DNA from: Trichoplax adhaerens
Lineage: Eukaryota > Animalia > Placozoa
NCBI RefSeq assembly: GCF_000150275.1
Contig: NW_002061170.1
Span: 1-5,288, forward strand
Reading direction: 5' to 3'
Length of the DNA stretch: 5,288 nt
Below the pieces are notes generated by a model. It was not told the DNA's origin. It was given only the letters and a program-made list of their open reading frames with translations, and did not search any database. Numbering within the stretch: position 1 is the stretch's first letter; each line of letters starts with the position of its first letter. This document shows positions 1 through 5,288 of the stretch, one piece after another. The translations under genes were made by a program, and so were the position numbers.

Positions 1-130
1 CTATTTTGCACAGTAGCTTGCAGCGCCGACTCTCTACTTGGTCTTCCTCTTCTTCTACTGCCTTCTACACGTGAAATGGCAGTCAACCAGTGAACATCTT
101 TTTTTCTCACATTCTTTTTCCATACTACAG
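1..130 (-). mobile_element. Possible degenerate RTE-clade LINE ORF C-terminal fragment
   Basis: The minus frame reads WKKNVRKKDVHWLTAISRVEGSRRRGRPSRES, resembling the RTE terminal motif WxGHVxRK...GKVEGxRxRGRP. It is more GC-rich than its surroundings and ends where repeat A copy 1 begins. Confidence 0.3.
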
Positions 131-302
131 ATTTCTCTCTTATACTTATTAATCTGTGCTTTTGACCGATATTGTTGGGTGTTAGCATTGTCATCTTGCT
201 TAGCAGGTAAGTCTTTCAACCAGTTAAAGCAATCTTAATCGATGTCATTTTAAACGCAAACCCTAACATTATTGCCATAATATAATCGTCTCTTTATCAC
301 CA
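131..302. repeat. Local duplication family A, copy 1
   Basis: Aligns with about 938-1120: atttctc..ttatactt(a/g)ttaatctgtg, gatattg(t/c)tgggtgttagcatt, aggtaagtc(t/c)ttcaac, tcattttaaacg, aaccct(a/g)acattatt, ataatcgtc. Confidence 0.9.
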
Positions 303-314
303 TTAGACCTATAG

Positions 315-390
315 TTGACATTTTGGGTTGTGAACTGAATTTCTCTTATACTTGTTAATCTGTGTATTTTATAGGTATTGCTGGGTGTTA
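315..390. repeat. Local duplication family A, copy 2 (partial)
   Basis: 74 of 76 nt identical to 914-989 (offset 599), by manual comparison. Confidence 0.95.
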
Positions 391-494
391 TCCCTGGACA
401 ATATCCTGGATTATTCCTACACGAACTGTAGACAAATATCTGTTATATAACATATATATATAAGCATATAAGCATGTTACAAAATTTTTGATAG

Positions 495-810
495 CAGACT
501 CTACCCTAAATTACAATGACTTGATGGACATTACTCAAGGTATTAAAATAGAATAAGTATTGCCAGTTTTAACTTATTACAGATCGTCAACTTCCCAAGA
601 GGATGACCAAAAACACAAGGAATTACTAAACTATAATTGACTAGTACAATAGACGAGTGGATATTTTGCAAGGACAAGATAGAGAAGCAAGAATGAGATA
701 CTCGATTTGATCACAAAGTCTTGGGTGGGCTATGCGCGTTGCTAACGAAGATTGACCTAGAAGAAAATACTGACTGACTAGCTTTACTGACATGGCAAGT
801 TGTTCAATAA
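495..810 (+). pseudogene. First degraded death-domain-like segment
   Basis: After a tag/cag acceptor (492-497) the frame reads DSTLNYNDLMDITQGIKIE*VLPVLTYYRSSTSQEDDQKHKELLNYN*. A shifted frame at 646-810 then reads TIDEWIFCKDKIEKQE*DTRFDHKVLGGLCALLTKIDLEENTD*LALLTWQVVQ*. LCALLTKIDLEENTDxL resembles death-domain helices 5-6, and TIDEWIF parallels SVKDWMI at 1654-1674. Confidence 0.35.
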
Positions 811-913
811 ACTGAATTACAATCAAATGACTCATTATATATTATGACTATCATCCATGCCATTGCTATTCACTTTCATTACTCATTAGACAAATACTTA
901 AAGTAAAGACTCA

Positions 914-1120
914 TTGACATTTTGGGTTGTGAACTGAATTTCTCTTATACTTGTTAATCTGTGTGTTTTATAGATATTGCTGGGTGTTAGCATTCTCATC
1001 TACTTTAATGAATAGGTAAGTCCTTCAACAAGTGACAATAGTCTTAATTAATCGCCATCATTTTAAACGTAGAATGGGTTGGTAACCCTGACATTATTCC
1101 AATAATCGTCCCTCCATCAT
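914..1120. repeat. Local duplication family A, copy 3, containing an intact 42-nt exon-like cassette at 974-1015
   Basis: ttttatag|ATATTGCTGG...ATGAATAG|gtaagt; one frame is open (YCWVLAFSSTLMN). Homologous to copies 1 and 2. Confidence 0.9.
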
Positions 1121-1363
1121 AATTTGTAAGTTGCATCATTTGCTGGATGAACCACATCGTTGAATAAACAGTCAACAAATACACCTACTTTATACATTTT
1201 CTATCGACTGGGCATCAGTAAAGCTAGAGCATTGGACTGACTGGGCCTGTATAAATATCTATTTAAGCCAACACTTGTATCAAGTTCAAAATGAGGCAGC
1301 CTAATTTGTACAAAGCAGATCGTCATCGATAGCTACTAGACACTAGACAGTAGTAGACGATAG

Positions 1364-1969
1364 TTCTCATCTTGCTTAGACAGTATACGTCAGTTTGAAA
1401 ACTTCAAAATACTTGCAATAGAAGGCGTAAGTAACTAGGATATCACATTTATCACTAGGATACAATAAAATGGACGATGGAATCATTGGTTATTTACTGT
1501 TGCTATTCAAAATCCAACCTTATTTCTTTCCTTTAGATAGTCGATGTAGCCTATAATATACAGTATATATTTCGCTCAAACAAAATATAAGAAATTTATA
1601 TATAAGTATAAATATAAGAATCTTATATTTGTTTAATAAGTGTAAGAAGCAAATCTGTTAAAGACTGGATGATTTACGAGGAAAAAAAACTTCTAGGTAG
1701 CATTATTGCTCATAATTAAGTAAACACAAGCGGTATATCATAGAAATATTGAACACTTACAAGGCGAATACAGTACAGTTACAGTTACTTCCTCACATCA
1801 TATATTTCGCAATAATTTATCCACTGTCATTTTTGCCAAAGCTTCCTTTCACAGATATTGAATCAATTTTAATTACCTGTAGAAAACATAGTTTTATAGA
1901 GAAACTAGTCGTACTTTTTACTGTTGCACCTGCCTAGAAGCATAATAGATAAATTGTTGTTTAAACCAG
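1364..1969 (+). pseudogene. Second, more degraded death-domain-like segment over three exons
   Basis: 1364-1426 reads FSSCLDSIRQFENFKILAIEG, then GTAAGT. After the acceptor tttctttcctttag, 1537 reads IVDVAYNIQYIFRSNKI* and continues in the same frame, past four TAA at 1588-1617, to KSVKDWMIYEEKKLL with a donor at 1697. After the acceptor cttcctttcacag, 1855 reads (D)IESILITCRKHSFIEKLV. The phases agree, and KILAIE parallels KKLAIE at 3114-3132. Confidence 0.45.
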
Positions 1970-2026
1970 GTACCTTTCTAATTTTAATACATTTTATATG
2001 TATGCTAAAACCTGCTTATGAAGCAG

Positions 2027-2128
2027 ATCAACAATCAGAAGGCTCATCACAAACTATGCCCGAGAAACGCAAAAACATTTCAACAGATCAACAGCAAGAA
2101 AAAGAGCAAAGGGTAGTACCGGAAGCTG
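2027..2128 (+). CDS. Internal exon, low-complexity Q/E/S/T linker (DQQSEGSSQTMPEKRKNISTDQQQEKEQRVVPEA)
   Basis: gcag| acceptor at 2026 and G|GTAAGC donor at 2129. The exon is 102 nt, phase 1-1, with an open frame. It is the likely real core of track ORF 1924..2181. Confidence 0.7.
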
Positions 2129-2666
2129 GTAAGCATAGAGTGATTGGTTTGATCTCGTTTATAGTTCATTTGCAGCAGTAATTTATCAAAATTTAGGTTA
2201 TGCTTTTATGGTAGCATTTCATAAGTTATAAATTCGATCTTAAGTTATAATAACTAAATAGCATTTCTACTATACTCCGTATGAAATCAATCCGTGTATT
2301 ACTTAACGTAAAAATTGATGTAGTTATCTTACAGTATTGCATTAAGTTTTGTTTTAGTACGATAAAGTTTCAACAAGTATCAATTACTGATAGCTTACTA
2401 AGCTTACTACAAATGCTAAGAGTCTTCATAATTATGTAATGCAAAAACAGATTAATACCAAATACTTTTTAAGCTTGTTTATCTATAAGGATTATATCAT
2501 TAATATACTGATGTGATACTATACAAGCATCTAACAAGTTAAGACGTGTCATAGCGAAGGCCGAATGTTCTGCACAGTTTATTGGATGCTATTTGTAATG
2601 CAAAATGTCGCTATAGTTATGTCGATCATTTTTATGATAACTATGCTATTACTGTTCATTGGATAG

Positions 2667-2711
2667 AGAAACAAGTCGAGCAGACATCATCTACTGCAAC
2701 TAGCGATGAAG
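2667..2711 (+). CDS. Internal exon, S/T/E linker (EKQVEQTSSTATSDE)
   Basis: tag| acceptor at 2666 and AAG|GTAAGA donor at 2712. The exon is 45 nt, phase 1-1, open, and in frame with exon 2027-2128. Confidence 0.68.
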
Positions 2712-3059
2712 GTAAGACTGGATAGCATTGATTATACTTAACTTTTGCAGCTTGCTCTTAACTATCTTACTAATGCAAATTGTTAGATGAGGGCATAATC
2801 ATCTGCTGCTGCTAATAAATTAAATACGCACGCAGTTACCAGTAGAGTTATGAGCGGTTACTTTTAAGACATATATCGTCGATTTTTTTAATATTGATGA
2901 TTTAAATATTATGCTAAACAGATAAAAAATTTATCCATGGCATGAAAATAAGTACTAATATCACCTCGTATAGCAGCTCCTTGTATCCGTCTAATATAGT
3001 TAATTTTCCCTTAATTGTACAGTTTAAACAGCTCACCTTTCACTTTCTGCACTATACAG

Positions 3060-3216
3060 TACATACATCAACTTTTATAAAAAAAAATTTATCGAAGTAT
3101 TAGTGCAGACAGGAAAAAAATTGGCAATTGAATTAGATATTGACCGAAACGAAATGAAGAATATTTTACAAGAATATCCTAGTATGGATATGCGATGTTA
3201 TGAAATGCTTTATTAG
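3060..3216 (+). pseudogene. Death domain N-terminal exon (helices 1-4), disrupted
   Basis: 3087-3119 reads IYRSISADRKK. After one extra A at 3120, 3121-3216 reads LAIELDIDRNEMKNILQEYPSMDMRCYEMLY*. Together these match the death-domain pattern (I/L)GxDWKxLAxELxxxxxEIxxIxxxYPxxxxRCYEMLxxW. The conserved W is AGG (one change from TGG), and TAG 3214-3216 abuts the donor GTTAGA at 3217. Candidate acceptors end at 3022, 3031 and 3059. Confidence 0.72.
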
Positions 3217-3294
3217 GTTAGAGTCTGCAAAACGATGACTAAAATTGGATAAAGTTTTACCTGATCATTATAGTAGATCAATGACTGTATGGAA

Positions 3295-3775
3295 AGTAAT
3301 TTAAGTGATATCATGAAGACCAGGAATCATCGTTAGTCATTAGCTTAACTAAACTTAATTGTGAATATTTTCCAGTATTTATATACAGTACTATATAAGT
3401 GCATTTCGAGAAATCTTATCGATTCGTGATGTAGCTTATACAATCGATAATATGTCTATTTGGAAAGACACGTAAAAGGCTTTATTAAGTACATACAACT
3501 AAGAGTAATTTAAGCGATTCCATAAAGACTAGGAACCATCATTAGTAATTTAGCTTGACTAAACTTTATTTATGAATAATTCCAGTATTCATATAGAGTA
3601 CTGTATGAGCGCATTCTCAGGAATCGTATCAATTTGTAAAGTAACTTTATAGAATCGGCACCATATCTATTAGGAAAGACATCACAAAGAGCTTATCTAA
3701 GCTCATATGGCTAAAGAGTCATTCGATATTATAAAGACTAGGAACTATCATTAGTAATTAGCTTGGCTGAACTTG
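3295..3775. repeat. Diverged tandem repeat, about 210-nt unit, about 2.3 copies, intronic
   Basis: Units start at about 3295, 3504 and 3717. Shared blocks are agt(a/c)att, aagac(c/t)aggaa, ttagt(c/a)att(t)agctt, ttccagtatt, agtact and tctatt(t/a)ggaaagaca. The third copy stops at about 3775. Confidence 0.92.
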
Positions 3776-3776
3776 T

Positions 3777-3920
3777 TGGTATAACAATTATTCCTTGGAA
3801 AAATTGATTGGAGAACTATCAAAATCTGATTCCAACATTCAAGGCCTTGAATTCATCGTATATGAAACGTTTATTTTGTGACCAAAAAAGAAGACTAGGA
3901 TCAGATACAGGCAATATCAG
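3777..3920 (+). pseudogene. Death domain C-terminal exon (W plus helices 5-6), acceptor missing
   Basis: 3777-3881 reads WYNNYSLEKLIGELSKSDSNIQGLEFIVYETFIL*. This supplies the W expected after CYEMLYx and the helix-5 motif (T/S)LExLIxxLxK. A donor AG|GTACAT lies at 3921. There is no AG immediately upstream; the exon abuts the truncated third intronic repeat. Confidence 0.55.
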
Positions 3921-4136
3921 GTACATAACGTAAATAACATATTATTACTGAAAAATTTTAATTTGATATTGCAATTATACACTACTTCGTCTAGCCATGA
4001 ACTAGCAGTAATACTTTACGGATCATTCAGTTTTAAACTACTGTTAACAAGATGCGATAAAATAGCATTTAAATATTCTACATTCTTAGTTTAGCAAAAT
4101 ATAGACAGTATACGATTCTTATCTGTCTGGTGCTCA

Positions 4137-4186
4137 NNNNNNNNNNNNNNNNNNNNNNNNNNNNNNNNNNNNNNNNNNNNNNNNNN
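4137..4186. other. Assembly gap (50 N)
   Basis: A run of 50 Ns; the round number suggests a placeholder length. Confidence 0.99.
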
Positions 4187-4341
4187 CCAATATTAAATGC
4201 CGACTCATTCTTAGTGAGTAAAATGCTATGACTTCTTTGTCTGGCCGTTAATGCAAATTTTACGTGCCGATTCTCATCATTATCCAAAAAAAAATTTTTT
4301 GTCCAGTACAAATCATAGAATAGCATTGGTGTAGCAAACTC
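4187..4341 (-). CDS. Putative exon of a minus-strand gene, unknown product (EFATPMLFYDLYWTKNFFLDNDENRHVKFALTARQRSHSILLTKNESAFNI), running into the gap
   Basis: Minus-strand acceptor ttagttttag| at 4342, followed by 155 nt of open frame in AT-rich DNA. Candidate upstream exons lie at 4448-4476 and 4665-4682. Confidence 0.35.
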
Positions 4342-4685
4342 CTAAAACTAAATTTGGTTTCCACGTATGTTTTATTATAATAATTATCATAGTGCTAAGT
4401 AAATGGAAACTCTTTTCCAAATAGAGCAATAGTTGCAATTTTCTTACGGACGAAATTCACTTTCCAATATCAGATCCTAAGTTAACTTAATAGCTGAATG
4501 AACACATTGCAATTTAACAGAGCTTTAATGGGCTGCATGAGACTCCGTATAATTAGACTTCTCTTGTTTATTCATCCACTAAGGATCCATTAAAATATTG
4601 CATTTAGAACTTTACTAAAGCCTAATCCTTTTATGAAGGGTTTTATCTCTGCCAAAGTGCTTACTTGCTCCTGGATTACATTCTA

Positions 4686-5050
4686 AAAAGAGTCTGTCTG
4701 GAATTTTACAGCTTTCAATCCAGCTATAATAATGTAATACACTAAATTATCTGCTTCAAATTTTCTGAGATATTAGCCTTAGGCAAGACTTGTCGAAAAT
4801 ATCATATAACGTAGTATAAGTTATAGTATAGTATAAAAACTGCATTAGTAATGGTACAGGATATAGCATTAAAAGAGTGAGTCTGAAATTTTACAGCCTT
4901 CAATCCTATACAGTTATAATAATGCAATGCGCTAAATTATTCGCTTCAAATTGTCTGAGATTATAGGCCTGAGGCAAGGCAAGGCATATCAGAAATACGA
5001 CATAAGTTACTATAGTAATATTGAACATAGTTCCATTGATAGGCAATAGA
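4686..5050. repeat. Diverged tandem duplication, about 185-nt period, 2 copies
   Basis: 4686.. and 4871.. share aaaagagt, gtctg(g/a)aattttacagc(t/c)ttcaatcc, tataataatg(t/c)aat, ctaaattat, gcttcaaatt(t/g)tctgagat and aggcaag. Similarity decays after about 4790/4980. Confidence 0.9.
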
Positions 5051-5288
5051 ACCGGATTTAATATTGGAACTTTTTTAACTAATAATTGACTGCCAGACTT
5101 TATAAGCATACAAACATCAGATACTGCATTTCACTCATGGGCTTATAGATTAGTAGATTCATATCAACAATATAACAGCTATGGCACTCTAATACTAACC
5201 ATCTATTTTATAGAAGATGCGACTTTTTCTAGTTCTTCAATATTAGCATCTTGATCCTGTGTTCGACTTCATATACACTCATATACAC

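Larger units (their letters stand above)
495..3920 (+). pseudogene. Spliced multi-death-domain protein pseudogene (up to 3 death-fold repeats plus an S/T/Q/E linker)
   Basis: A chain of exons with canonical GT/AG ends and compatible phases: 1364-1426 (phase 0), 1537-1696 (0 to 1), 1855-1969 (1 to 1, with an internal break), 2027-2128 (1 to 1), 2667-2711 (1 to 1), 3032/3060-3216 and 3777-3920. The translations resemble death-domain helices. Multiple in-frame stops and homopolymer frameshifts are present. The gene boundaries are uncertain. Confidence 0.6.

Noticed and set aside
38-835. Track ORFs 38..238 (+) and 641..835 (-)
   Set aside because: The first crosses a repeat boundary and a splice donor; the second is antisense to the death-like segment. 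Neither has recognisable motifs.
1303-1320. tttgtacaaagcag resembling a Gateway attB1 core
   Set aside because: It is a partial match with no other vector sequence, and is better explained as a splice acceptor or chance.
2392-2409. agcttacta x2 (also tcatatacac x2 at 5269-5288) as transposon footprints
   Set aside because: These cannot be distinguished from common slippage duplications, and no element ends are visible.
554-3216. In-frame TGA codons (694, 775) as selenocysteine, readthrough or an alternative genetic code
   Set aside because: TAA (554, 1588-1617), TAG (3214) and frameshifts also interrupt the same gene, so ordinary decay is the simpler explanation.
3295-3775. Repeats as a CRISPR-like or repeat-spacer array
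   Set aside because: The units are about 210 nt and similar along their whole length, with no constant repeat plus unique spacer, and the context is a eukaryotic intron.
1377-4114. 13-mer tagacagtatacg shared by 1377-1389 and 4102-4114
   Set aside because: The match does not extend into the flanks, and an isolated 13-mer match is plausible by chance in 5 kb of AT-rich DNA.
4078-4326. Track ORF of 82 aa as a complete gene
   Set aside because: It reads through the N gap, so continuity is artefactual; only the part right of the gap is kept as a candidate exon.
4906-5109. Minus-strand ORF with a signal-peptide-like stretch (MFNITIVTYVVFLICLALPQA)
   Set aside because: AT-rich DNA readily yields hydrophobic runs, and the sister repeat copy does not preserve this part of the frame.

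Overview
AT-rich eukaryotic genomic DNA with short GT-AG introns and a 50-N scaffold gap at 4137-4186; it is probably an invertebrate or early-branching animal (inference from intron structure and a death-fold domain). No prokaryotic genes, RNA genes or CRISPR arrays are supported. The main content is a broken, intron-containing + strand gene (about 495-3920) that the ORF track misses. Manual splicing gives up to three death-domain-like segments, the last two separated by two clean, phase-symmetric S/T/Q/E-rich linker exons. The third segment (3060-3216 plus 3777-3881) is clearly recognisable. All three carry stops or frameshifts, so this looks like a multi-death-domain pseudogene. Three local duplication families are present (131-1120, 3295-3775, 4686-5050). 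There is also a possible RTE-LINE remnant at the left edge and a possible degraded minus-strand gene right of the gap. I see no convincing evidence of a novel system beyond this decayed death-fold locus. All domain calls are by-eye motif recognition and need HMM confirmation.
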